NCBI GenBank assembly: GCA_016840095.1
Contig: JAEOSZ010000066.1
Coordinates: 32,001-96,000, forward strand
Origin: Candidatus Heimdallarchaeota archaeon
GTDB lineage: Archaea > Asgardarchaeota > Heimdallarchaeia > Heimdallarchaeales > Heimdallarchaeaceae
DNA length: 64,000 nt
Direction: 5' to 3'
Position 1 is the first letter of the stretch. Each line of letters begins with the position of its first letter. Under the pieces are notes generated by a model. It saw nothing but the letters and a program-made list of their open reading frames with translations, did not search any database and was not told the DNA's origin. Shown here piece by piece: positions 39,900 through 48,948 of this stretch. The translations under genes were made by a program, and so were the position numbers.

Positions 39900-40424
39900 C
39901 TAAAATTGCTCCAATTCCCTTAGCGCAAGTTCCAAATCAGATATGAATTCATCTTGAACTTTCTTTTCTTCTTCAACAACAACAGGTTGAGGAGTAACTA
40001 CAGGCTGAACTTCAGGAGCAGGAACAGGTTTTGCTTCAACATCCAGAATATTTCGGATCTTTTCAGCAGCAATTTTCATAGTTCTTCTTACCATTCCAAG
40101 AGCTACTCCTGTATCAGTAATTAAACACAAAACTGTACTTCCGCAACTTGCTACTAAAATTAAACCATCTGAAAATTCAGAGATAATAATATCTAATACA
40201 GCTAATCCAACATTTGTTCCTTGTTGTTCACTAGCTAAATAAACTGCACTTGCTATTGCTCCAAGAGCTTCTGTTTCAAACTCATCGAAAGCAAATCTTG
40301 AAGAGTAAGCTAGTGTTAATCCTGTCTTATCAGCTAATATTACATGATTAATATTAGCATCACTTGTTATAATTTCATGAAGTATTGTATTTATTTGGTC
40401 AGCACCATACAAGCATATCACCAA
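39900..40424 (-). CDS. Roadblock/LC7 (MglB-like) protein with Pro-rich linker and C-terminal helix
   Basis: ILADKTGL, LGAIASAV, I.SEF..G.I and LGMVR..MK; the exact start codon is uncertain. Confidence 0.88.
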   Translation of the reverse strand: MVICLYGADQINTILHEIITSDANINHVILADKTGLTLAYSSRFAFDEFETEALGAIASAVYLASEQQGTNVGLAVLDIIISEFSDGLILVASCGSTVLCLITDTGVALGMVRRTMKIAAEKIRNILDVEAKPVPAPEVQPVVTPQPVVVEEEKKVQDEFISDLELALRELEQF

Positions 40425-40543
40425 GTATTTACGACATCTCTTAATGTTTATTTATTGTTTAAACTATTTAAAGATTAATACAGCTGTAGTCGTACTAGCT
40501 TTTATCAAACAAACTTTAAAAAGGTGTTGTAAAATTAAGCTCC

Positions 40544-41221
40544 ATGACTAGAATAACCTATCCAATAATTATTCTAAATTTTAAAAATTATGAAGAGACA
40601 ATTGGGGAAAGAGGATTAAAACTTTCAAAAATTGCAGATGAAGTTGCTAAAGAACTTGGTGTTTCAATTGCAGTTTGCCCACAAACTGTTGACTTAAGAA
40701 AAACTGTTGAAGAAGTAATCATTCCAGTCTTAGCGCAACATGTAGATTCAAATGATTTTGGAAGTTATACAGGAAATAATATCATGCAAGCTATAATAGA
40801 AACTGGAGCAATTGGATCTCTTGTAAATCACTCTGAACATAGATTGAAGTTAGCAGATATAGAAAAGATTGTTCAAAAAGCAAATACCTTAGATTTCTTC
40901 ACATGTGTATGCTCTAATAATCTACAAACAAGCAAGGCCATTGCTGCTTTAAATCCTATTGCATGTGCAATGGAACCACCTGAACTAATTGGAAGTGGAG
41001 TATCTGTAACTACACAACCTCAATTGGTTAAGGATACAATCAAGGCAATATTAGATATCAACTCGAATGTTCAACCTTTGGTTGGTGCAGGTGTATCAAC
41101 AAATCAAGATGTTCTAGAAGCAATTCAATTAGGAGCCAAAGGAGTTCTTTTAGCTTCGGGTTTTGTGAAAGCTAAAGAACCAAAAGAAGTATTATTAAAA
41201 ATGGCACAAGCAATTTTATAA
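40544..41221 (+). CDS. tpiA: Triosephosphate isomerase (archaeal type)
   Basis: NFKNY, AQHVD, NHSEHR, EPPELIG, GAGV and GVLLASG. Confidence 0.96.
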   Translation: MTRITYPIIILNFKNYEETIGERGLKLSKIADEVAKELGVSIAVCPQTVDLRKTVEEVIIPVLAQHVDSNDFGSYTGNNIMQAIIETGAIGSLVNHSEHRLKLADIEKIVQKANTLDFFTCVCSNNLQTSKAIAALNPIACAMEPPELIGSGVSVTTQPQLVKDTIKAILDINSNVQPLVGAGVSTNQDVLEAIQLGAKGVLLASGFVKAKEPKEVLLKMAQAIL

Positions 41222-41260
41222 TTTATTAAAAAAAGTTGTAGGGAATCAATCAGTTCCTTA

Positions 41261-41728
41261 CTAGTTTCTTTTCCACATTGTTTTTTCGCCTTGTTGTATC
41301 TGTGTAAGGATACCGGCTTCAGCCATTTGTTCTAAGGATTTAACGAATTCTTCCTTTGAAATTGGAGAACTTCCCTGCTTCAATGCTGCAAATTGGCAAG
41401 CTGCAAAAATTGCATCTTCAAACATAAATTTAGAAGAACTATAGGATTCAAGTATAATATCCATATTAGGAATATCGTGTTCTTTAACTGAAACCTTTTC
41501 CTCTTTTTTTACTTCTTTTGTATAAGTTTTTTTCTCAGGAGCAACAGTTTCCCCAATCATCTTTTTCAAACTTTTCCCTCCAGATTGTTCTCCAAAACCG
41601 TATAATTCAGCTAACCAGTGAATTGCATGATTAACAAATGAATCAACAGATTCAAAATTATTCTCACTAACAAGTTTCTCTATATATTCATACAGCTTCT
41701 CAGGTATTTTTGCATCAAAAGATTTCAT
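41261..41728 (-). CDS. Hypothetical protein with N-terminal ribbon-helix-helix and possible C-terminal winged helix
   Basis: KIPEKLYEYIEKLV....FESVDSFVNHAI is a CopG-like pattern. Confidence 0.65.
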   Translation of the reverse strand: MKSFDAKIPEKLYEYIEKLVSENNFESVDSFVNHAIHWLAELYGFGEQSGGKSLKKMIGETVAPEKKTYTKEVKKEEKVSVKEHDIPNMDIILESYSSSKFMFEDAIFAACQFAALKQGSSPISKEEFVKSLEQMAEAGILTQIQQGEKTMWKRN

Positions 41729-41841
41729 ACATCATCAATCCTATTGAATTTATTCAACGATAAAATATTCTTTGTTGTGTTTTAAACTGTTTTTATCTAG
41801 GTTATGGGACTGCAAGAAATAAATGAATAAAATGTTGATAA

Positions 41842-41911
41842 AGGCGTCCTGCTGTTTTCCTATCATGTGTGTGAAGAGCACATCTAAGCCGTCTCAACCA
41901 GTCATTCGCCT
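41842..41911 (-). ncRNA. Box C/D-like sRNA with non-canonical compensated boxes (two K-turns)
   Basis: Minus strand reads AGGCG a ATGACTG [guide] TAGA TGTG-loop-CACA c ATGATAG [guide] AGGA CGCCT. Each box pair keeps the tandem GA and gains Watson-Crick stem-II pairs. Confidence 0.7.
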
Positions 41912-41967
41912 AACAATATTAAGAAGAAAATGAAGTATAAGTTTTTCTGTAAGAGTTTTATTATCTA

Positions 41968-42135
41968 CTATGAAGTTTTACGACCACGCTTGTATTGAGT
42001 GAAACCACACTTCCCACAAGTTTGACGATCTGGATGTTCTGCCATATATACTGCATCACCACAACGCTCACAAATCTTCTTTGTTCTAACTACCTTTTCG
42101 CCTTCTATTTTGTATCTCTTATGTGCATTGCTCAT
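41968..42135 (-). CDS. rps27ae: 30S ribosomal protein eS31 (S27ae), not ubiquitin-fused; missing from the ORF track
   Basis: Manual translation MSNAHKRYKIEGEKVVRTKKICERCGDAVYMAEHPDRQTCGKCGFTQYKRGRKTS*; follows rps24e. Confidence 0.95.
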   Translation of the reverse strand: MSNAHKRYKIEGEKVVRTKKICERCGDAVYMAEHPDRQTCGKCGFTQYKRGRKTS

Positions 42136-42146
42136 ATTTTTTACAC

Positions 42147-42443
42147 CTATTCTTTCTTATCTTCTAAAACTCCAGATCTTTTTAGTAAGTGCTTTCTTTC
42201 GACTTCAATAGCCCGTTCTGAAGTATTGTAAGCATGAATTGTAGCGCGAGTGATGCCAATTCCAAACATTGTTTGCATTTTAATTAATACAACTTGGTTT
42301 TTCTCTTTGTTAACCTCTGCAGCAACTCTTGCAAGAACAGCATCTCTTGTAGGAACAGGTTCCCCTTGATGATCTATCTCTACATCAAGTTCCATCCTAT
42401 CAAGTAGTTTATTTTCTGTTTTCTTATCGATTTTAATTTTCAT
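42147..42443 (-). CDS. rps24e: 30S ribosomal protein eS24
   Basis: NKLLDR.E, H.G..VPTR, T.FG and Y.......E.KHLL.R. Confidence 0.95.
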   Translation of the reverse strand: MKIKIDKKTENKLLDRMELDVEIDHQGEPVPTRDAVLARVAAEVNKEKNQVVLIKMQTMFGIGITRATIHAYNTSERAIEVERKHLLKRSGVLEDKKE

Positions 42444-42984
42444 TGATTTTCACCATTTTCTGAATTAATTTCTTCACTTTTTTCTTCATTTCTTCTGTGA
42501 CTGTAACTACTACTAGTCCTTCATTTGGTTGTCCATATAAGACTTTTGAATTATAAGGAGTTTCCAGTATAGCTGGAAGCACCAGTAAATCCTCTTCACC
42601 AGTTATTTTTATAATAATTTTGATATCATCCTTTTTTAGAACATCTGTAATTATTTTCCATGCTTCTAATGTAATTGTTCCTACGGGATTTGTTACTTTT
42701 ACTTCAAAGAAATCGGTTATGTCGACTATATCAACTTTTTTTCTTTGAACATGATCATCGATAATTGCTAAATTGGGAATGAGCTTTTTCTCTAAAAGAG
42801 TTCGAGTACTTTCATCTCCAACTGTTATAATTTTACAAATATCCTTGTTGGTTTCTATTAAACTAACAAATTCATCTATTTCTTCATCAGTAGATAGAAC
42901 AATATCTAATGGGGCTTTAAAATAACGCCTTTCATCTTCAGGTAAGATGTAATAACCCTTATTGGAAAAATCCACTATTTTCAC
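42433..42984 (-). CDS. GTP-dependent dephospho-CoA kinase (DUF359)
   Basis: TVGD, NP.GTI, GEEDLLVLP and YGQPNEG; synteny. Confidence 0.92.
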   Translation of the reverse strand: MKIVDFSNKGYYILPEDERRYFKAPLDIVLSTDEEIDEFVSLIETNKDICKIITVGDESTRTLLEKKLIPNLAIIDDHVQRKKVDIVDITDFFEVKVTNPVGTITLEAWKIITDVLKKDDIKIIIKITGEEDLLVLPAILETPYNSKVLYGQPNEGLVVVTVTEEMKKKVKKLIQKMVKINEN

Positions 42985-43169
42985 CGTACTCGTAGTGCAT
43001 AGTGTCCCTTTTTGTTGATTTTCATTCTTTGAGAAACTTCACTATCTTCAGGATTTAGGATGAATATCTCTCCAGTATACTCAGAAGAGAGATCTTGTGT
43101 TTTACAATTTTGGCACATATTAGCAGTTTTTTCAGCAATTAGATGACATACTCGACATGCTTTTGACAT
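42981..43169 (-). CDS. spt4: Transcription elongation factor Spt4 (RpoE'')
   Basis: KACRVC...CQNC, PE.SEV and G.YALRVR. Confidence 0.93.
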   Translation of the reverse strand: MSKACRVCHLIAEKTANMCQNCKTQDLSSEYTGEIFILNPEDSEVSQRMKINKKGHYALRVR

Positions 43170-43170
43170 A

Positions 43171-43743
43171 CTATGCAGCCTCCTCAGCTTTCTTTGGATT
43201 CTTCAAATCTTTCTTCCATTCTTCTATCCAATCAATTGCTCCAAGAGAATCTTGACGCATAGTTAAACCAACTCGAATAGCTGTTTTGCCTATACTAACA
43301 GCAATTACTCTAGCTCGAACCCTTGTATTAACCAGCAAATCTCGTTTGGATTTATCCCCTCTTAGAACAGCATTCTTAGGGATGTATCTAAAATAGTCAT
43401 CTGCAATTTGAGACACATGACATAAAGCATCAATAGTTCCTATTCTAACAAATGCTCCAAAGTCAACACATTCAACTACTTCACCAGTTACAACTTCACC
43501 TATCTCTGGTAAATAGCATAATAAACCAAAATCAGTTTCATAATATGCCCCCCCATCTCCTGAAATCAGTTTACCTTGATATATTTTTTCAATTTCTGTA
43601 ACTGCTACAATGAATCCTAAATCAGGATCGATTTTACCTTCAAAGTTTTCTCTTGCAATTTCTACTAAAACTTGTGAAAGATCTTCATCGAATCTATTTG
43701 GAGGTACTCTGAGTGTATCCTTTACCTTGACGCTATAATACAA
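43171..43743 (-). CDS. rpoE1: RNA polymerase subunit E' (Rpo7)
   Basis: RVPP, GDGGAYY, FGAFVRIG..DALCHVSQI and GLTMRQ..LG. Confidence 0.96.
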   Translation of the reverse strand: MYYSVKVKDTLRVPPNRFDEDLSQVLVEIARENFEGKIDPDLGFIVAVTEIEKIYQGKLISGDGGAYYETDFGLLCYLPEIGEVVTGEVVECVDFGAFVRIGTIDALCHVSQIADDYFRYIPKNAVLRGDKSKRDLLVNTRVRARVIAVSIGKTAIRVGLTMRQDSLGAIDWIEEWKKDLKNPKKAEEAA

Positions 43744-44014
43744 GACGATATCATCTCTCTTTTTTCTACATTGCTCGTTCTTATCTATCGCTTTTAAATA
43801 TAGTTATATCAAATATTTTTACACATTTATTAGTGATCATCTAAGAAATTAGCAATGAAGAAGTGTTTTTTACATTTCAAAAAATAAAAGCTAGCTGAAC
43901 GTAAAGTTTTTGATGTATAACAGTTGCTGGAATATCAGTCTTGAATAAATAAGCATTAAAAATTACGATTTACATTCATTTAAGCAATAGGACACAATAA
44001 TTGAGGAAGAATTA

Positions 44015-45331
44015 ATGAGCGAACAAGGTTCTCAAGAAAAAGAAGAAAACAAAGCAGCTACTTCAAAACCTGAAGTAAGTGAAAAGGAAAAGAAAGTCAT
44101 CAGACAGCCAGAAGTTAATATTGGAACAATAGGTCATGTTGATAATGGAAAGTCAACTTTAGTCCAAGCTCTGACAGGCAAATTCCCTGATGATCACTCT
44201 GAGGAACTAAAAAGAGGAATTTCAATAAGATTAGGTTATGCAGATACAGAGTTTCGTAAATGCCCAAAGTGCCCTGAACCTGAGGCTTTCACAATCGAGG
44301 AAACATGTCCGAAATGTGGAACACCTTCTGAATTTCTACGCAGAGTTTCCTTTGTTGATTGTCCAGGACATGAAGTACTGATGGCAACATTATTGTCAGG
44401 TGCAACACTTATGAATGGAGCAATTCTCTTAATAGCTGCTAATTCGAGATGCCCTCAACCTCAGACTAGAGAACACCTTGCTGCAATGGAGATTCTTCAA
44501 ATTCCAAATATTGTAATCGCTCAAAATAAAATTGAACTTGTTTCTGAGGAAGAAGCTCAGAGAAATTATAAGGAAATTCAAGACTTTGTCAAAGGGACTA
44601 TTGCTGAAAATGCACCTATTGTACCTATCAGTGCTATGCACAAAGCCAACTTAGATGTTTTAATTTCTGAAATTGAAAAGAACATCCCTACACCAGATTT
44701 AGATGTAGATAGCCCTCTTGAGATGCATGTTGCAAGATCTTTTGATATTAACAGACCAGGAACTAAGATTAGTAAACTAAAAGGTGGAGCTCTTGGAGGA
44801 ACCATAATCAGAGGGCAACTTAATGTAGATGAAGAAATAGAAATTGTACCAGGCATTGCTGTGAAGAAATCTAACAAAACTGTTTACACACCAATTAAAA
44901 CAAAAATCAAAAGTGTTGCTATAGGAGAACAAGGTCTGGTTGAAAGTGCTCATTCTGGCGGTTTAGTTTCAGTTGGAACAGAGCTAGATCCTTCATTGGT
45001 TAAGGCAGACAAAATGGCTGGAAATATAATTACTACACCAGGTCATGCTCCTGATATCATTTCTGACCTCAAGCTTAAAGTTCTTCTAATGGAACATGTT
45101 GTTGGTTCTGAAGAAATTACAAAGGTTCAACCTTTAGCACAAGGTGAAACATTGATGCTAAATGTAGGTACTGCAAAAACTGCAGGAGTAATAACTGAGA
45201 TTAAAGGAACAGAAGCTCTAATAAAATTAAACCGTGAAGTAGCTGCAAGAGAACAGAGTAAGGTAGCAATATCTAGAAGAATATCTGGCAGATTTCGTCT
45301 AATAGGGGTTGGCGAAATACAAAAACAGTGA
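44015..45331 (+). CDS. eif2g: Translation initiation factor 2 gamma subunit
   Basis: QPEVNIG.IGHVD.GKST, HSEELKRGISIRLGYAD, zinc knuckle, PQPQTREH, QNKIE and RSFDINRPG. Confidence 0.97.
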   Translation: MSEQGSQEKEENKAATSKPEVSEKEKKVIRQPEVNIGTIGHVDNGKSTLVQALTGKFPDDHSEELKRGISIRLGYADTEFRKCPKCPEPEAFTIEETCPKCGTPSEFLRRVSFVDCPGHEVLMATLLSGATLMNGAILLIAANSRCPQPQTREHLAAMEILQIPNIVIAQNKIELVSEEEAQRNYKEIQDFVKGTIAENAPIVPISAMHKANLDVLISEIEKNIPTPDLDVDSPLEMHVARSFDINRPGTKISKLKGGALGGTIIRGQLNVDEEIEIVPGIAVKKSNKTVYTPIKTKIKSVAIGEQGLVESAHSGGLVSVGTELDPSLVKADKMAGNIITTPGHAPDIISDLKLKVLLMEHVVGSEEITKVQPLAQGETLMLNVGTAKTAGVITEIKGTEALIKLNREVAAREQSKVAISRRISGRFRLIGVGEIQKQ

Positions 45332-45337
45332 AAATAG

Positions 45338-45727
45338 ATGTTAGTCATTTTAGATTCCAGTATGCTGATGCTTCCTCTAGAAAAAAAATTAAACATTACT
45401 TTTGAGATTGAAAGATTGGTACAGAAAAAGCTTGAAATTGTTGTACCACAAGTTGTTTTAGATGAGCTAAAGAAGCTGCTGAATAACGAAAAGCAATCAA
45501 CCATTCTAAAAGCAAAACTAGCGTTAGACCTTGCTAGTAAATTTTCAGTTCTTGAATCAGAAACAGGCTATTTTGCTGACGAAGAAATCTTACGTATAGC
45601 AGTGGAAAAAGATGCAATAGTAGCTACAAATGACTCAGAGCTGCGAATGAAGTTACGAGCGAGGGGAATTGCTGTTATTTCATTACGTGGGAAGAATAAG
45701 CTTTCTCTGTTTGGAGATATCAAATAG
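45338..45727 (+). CDS. PIN-domain nuclease (Fcf1/Utp24-like)
   Basis: ILDSS, V..EL, ADE.I and VATND.ELR; conserved position after aIF2-gamma. Confidence 0.88.
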   Translation: MLVILDSSMLMLPLEKKLNITFEIERLVQKKLEIVVPQVVLDELKKLLNNEKQSTILKAKLALDLASKFSVLESETGYFADEEILRIAVEKDAIVATNDSELRMKLRARGIAVISLRGKNKLSLFGDIK

Positions 45728-45859
45728 AGCTGAATTGAAACTGAACAGTATTTATCAAAAGTCTTAATTAGATTATGTTATTGTTTTTTTTGTCCATACT
45801 AAAAGTAAGGAATGGATTAGAACATAAAAGAAACTATCACAGTATATGGGGTTGTTTAA

Positions 45860-46423
45860 TTGAAAATCGAAGGTTTGTTTCCGGAAATTAATGAAATTAA
45901 GAACGTAGATTTGAGAAGTAAAGTTGAGCATTCTCTTGAAAAAGCAATAAAACAAGGCGGATGGAATGAGCAAGATCTTCATAGAATTCCTTTTACTTTG
46001 CTAATTCCTGATTTGGTTAATGAAGATCTCTCCGTAAAAATCTCAATAATTGAACATATTAGAGTAGTTACACAAATGTGTATAGCTACTTATGAAAAAT
46101 ATGACCAACTTGGTCTTGGAGATAAGTTGAATAGAGACGAACTAATTGCAGGTGGATTATTGCATGATGTTGGCAAATTTATTGAATATGAAAGAGACGA
46201 AAATGGATGCATTATTCAAACAGCAGAAGGCAAATTCATACGTCATCCTGCTATGGGTTTGGAATTAGTTTATGAATTCGATCTTCCATTAATTGTAAGA
46301 CAAGCCATTGTTTTTCATAGTAAAGAAGGCGATAAAATCTCTAGATTAAAAGAAGTGGAGATTATCCATCGTTGTGATTTCTTGTGTTTTGCTCCTATAA
46401 AACAAATATTTGAAGAAAATTGA
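45860..46423 (+). CDS. HD-domain metal-dependent phosphohydrolase
   Basis: IPFTLL, EH...V, LLHDVGK, RHP..G, HS.EG and E..H.CD. Confidence 0.88.
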   Translation: MKIEGLFPEINEIKNVDLRSKVEHSLEKAIKQGGWNEQDLHRIPFTLLIPDLVNEDLSVKISIIEHIRVVTQMCIATYEKYDQLGLGDKLNRDELIAGGLLHDVGKFIEYERDENGCIIQTAEGKFIRHPAMGLELVYEFDLPLIVRQAIVFHSKEGDKISRLKEVEIIHRCDFLCFAPIKQIFEEN

Positions 46424-46441
46424 GGAAAAGGTGTTCACAAA

Positions 46442-47569
46442 GTGAAAAAATACAAAGTTGCAGTTCTACCAGGTGATGGTGTAGGAATTGATGTTACAGA
46501 AGCAGCAATGAAGGTCTTAGAGGCCGTTGGATTCAGTGATATAGCTGAATATACATATGGAGATATTGGTTGGGAATTTTGGTGTAAAGAAGGAAATCCC
46601 TTACCAGATAGAACAATAGATCTCTTGAAGAATTCTGATTGTTGTTTGTTTTCAGCTATAACATCTAAACCAAAAGAAGAAGCTGAGAAAGAATTAATAC
46701 CTGAATTACAAGGGAAGGGATTAATCTACTTCAGTCCTATTGTAAGATTAAGACAGTTGTTTGATCTTTATGTAAATTTACGTCCATGTAAAGCCTATTC
46801 AGGAAATCCTCTAAATTACAGAGATGATATTGATCTTGTAGTTTTTCGTGAAAATACTGAAGGACTCTATGTTGGAATAGAATGGCATCCTGTTCCACAA
46901 GAAGTTATGAAAACAATTGTGGAAAATCACCCAAAGGCAAAAAGGTTTGAGAATGCAAATCTTAATGACATAGCCATTTCTACAAGAATATTCACACGAG
47001 AAGGTGTTCAACGAATCTTAAAAGCCAGCATGGACTATGCTAAAGAATTCAACTATCCAACAGTAACAGTAGTTGAAAAACCAAATGTAATTAGAGAAAC
47101 AAGTGGATTAATGGTTAGAGAAGCAAGAAAACTGATACAAAATTATGACAACATTGATCTCTGGGAAACCAACATAGATGCTATGGCAATGTGGTTGGTA
47201 AAGAATCCTCAAGATTATGGTGTAATGGTAGCTTCAAACATGTTTGGTGATATTATTTCAGACTTAGCTGCTCAACTTATTGGAGGATTAGGGTTTGCTT
47301 GCTCTGGAAACATTGGAGAAAAATTCGCAGTTTTTGAACCAACCCATGGATCAGCACCAAAGTATGTAGGAATGAATAAAGTCAATCCAATCGCACAGAT
47401 TCTTGCTGCAAAAATGATGCTTGATTGGCTAGGTGAAAAAGATATGGCCGAGAAAATCGAGGAGGCTGTTGCTGCAGTAGTCGCTGAAGGTAAATATCGA
47501 ACTTATGATATGGGTGGCAATACTACTACATCAGAAATGGCTGATGCCATCTGCGAAAAAATAGGTTAA
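46442..47569 (+). CDS. Isocitrate/homoisocitrate/isopropylmalate dehydrogenase family enzyme
   Basis: LPGDGVG, LRQ.FDLYVNLRP, RENTEGLY, NMFGDI.SD and FEPTHGSAPKY. Confidence 0.92.
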   Translation: MKKYKVAVLPGDGVGIDVTEAAMKVLEAVGFSDIAEYTYGDIGWEFWCKEGNPLPDRTIDLLKNSDCCLFSAITSKPKEEAEKELIPELQGKGLIYFSPIVRLRQLFDLYVNLRPCKAYSGNPLNYRDDIDLVVFRENTEGLYVGIEWHPVPQEVMKTIVENHPKAKRFENANLNDIAISTRIFTREGVQRILKASMDYAKEFNYPTVTVVEKPNVIRETSGLMVREARKLIQNYDNIDLWETNIDAMAMWLVKNPQDYGVMVASNMFGDIISDLAAQLIGGLGFACSGNIGEKFAVFEPTHGSAPKYVGMNKVNPIAQILAAKMMLDWLGEKDMAEKIEEAVAAVVAEGKYRTYDMGGNTTTSEMADAICEKIG

Positions 47570-47605
47570 AACCAACCTATCCCTTCATTTTTTTGTTTAT
47601 TTTTG
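47561..47605 (+). terminator. Hairpin plus T-rich tract after the dehydrogenase gene (possible internal terminator or processing site)
   Basis: ATAGGTT-aaaacc-AACCTAT followed by T runs. Confidence 0.35.
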
Positions 47606-47661
47606 ATTAAGAACACATTCAAAAAAAATACATAGAGATATCCTTATTACCATCTTTCTAA

Positions 47662-48948
47662 TTGGTGAAATTGAGTGAAATGGCTAGCTTCACACTAATT
47701 GAAAAAATTATTAGAAATCACACAAATGTTTCAGATAATGAGATTTACCCAGGAAATATCGTATGGGTCGATCTAGATTTAGTCACAGCAAGAGATTATG
47801 CTGGACCTCAAGTTATAGATCTTTTTCAAAAACATTATACAGGGAATAAAACATTCAATAACAAGAAAATCATTTTTACTCCAGATTGTTATCCTTATGG
47901 AAATGACCCCAAACATGCCAAAGATCAAGAAAAAATACGTGTTTTTGCAAAAGAACATGATATTGAAGTAACTGATTTAGGATCAGGTATTGGTTCCCAT
48001 CTACTATTTCGAAGAGGATTTTCAAAACCAGGGGATATTGCTATTGGAGCTGATAGTCACTACAATATCTTAGGTGCTTTAGGTATATTAGGTCAAGGGG
48101 CAGGAGATGTTATGCTTGCCTTTGCTATGAAAACAGGAAAATCTTGGATCAAAATACCTGAAACAATAAAAGTAATTCTGAAAGGTGACTACAAATGGCC
48201 AACTACAGCAAAAGATTTAGCTCTCTTTGTTCTCAAAGAACTTCATGAATATGGGATCACTGGAAAAGCTGTAGAATTTTATGGTACCATTATCGATAAG
48301 TTAACAATTGAAGAAAGAGTTACCTTATGTTCTCTTATTACAGAAGCTTCTGGTGTTATCGGATTTATAGCAGCTGATCAAACAACTTCAGATTATTATT
48401 CCGAAATCGGTTTTGATGTTGAGAAGATTTCAGCTGATGTTGATGCAATTTATGCTTCAGAATTGATTATAGACATTCAAGATTTAGGACAATATATAGC
48501 ATGCCCACCTCATCCTCATAATGTTAAAAAAATTGAGGAAGTTGTTGGAACACCAATAAATTCTATTGTTATTGGTTCTTGTACTAATGGTAGTGCAGCT
48601 GATATTCATGAAGCTGCTATTATACTCAAAGGACAAAAAGTCAGCCCAAACGTGAGATTTGGTATTGTTCCTGCTACAAGAGAGGATTTTGTATCAATCA
48701 ATTTAGAGGGAGATATGACTACGATTTTAGAAGCTGGTGGAAATTTCTTTGGAGCTGGATGTTCAACATGTGCAAAGGGTCAATATGGTTTAACTGGGGG
48801 CAAAACAGCTGTAACTTTAACCACAGGCAATAGAAATACTCAAGGTAAAATAGGTCCAGCAGATGTTTACCTTGCAAGCCCTGTTGTAGCAGCTGCAGCT
48901 GCAATAAACGGGAAAATAGTTTCTCCAAAAGAGGTGATTGAAAAATGA
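47662..48948 (+). CDS. Aconitase-family (LeuC/HacA-like) large subunit with variant active site
   Basis: DSH, GSCTNG, CSTC and NRN present; the conserved DH motif reads DC. Confidence 0.88.
   Translation: MVKLSEMASFTLIEKIIRNHTNVSDNEIYPGNIVWVDLDLVTARDYAGPQVIDLFQKHYTGNKTFNNKKIIFTPDCYPYGNDPKHAKDQEKIRVFAKEHDIEVTDLGSGIGSHLLFRRGFSKPGDIAIGADSHYNILGALGILGQGAGDVMLAFAMKTGKSWIKIPETIKVILKGDYKWPTTAKDLALFVLKELHEYGITGKAVEFYGTIIDKLTIEERVTLCSLITEASGVIGFIAADQTTSDYYSEIGFDVEKISADVDAIYASELIIDIQDLGQYIACPPHPHNVKKIEEVVGTPINSIVIGSCTNGSAADIHEAAIILKGQKVSPNVRFGIVPATREDFVSINLEGDMTTILEAGGNFFGAGCSTCAKGQYGLTGGKTAVTLTTGNRNTQGKIGPADVYLASPVVAAAAAINGKIVSPKEVIEK

Noticed and set aside
41995-42231. Plus-strand 78-aa ORF
   Set aside because: Antisense to the real rps27ae and rps24e genes.
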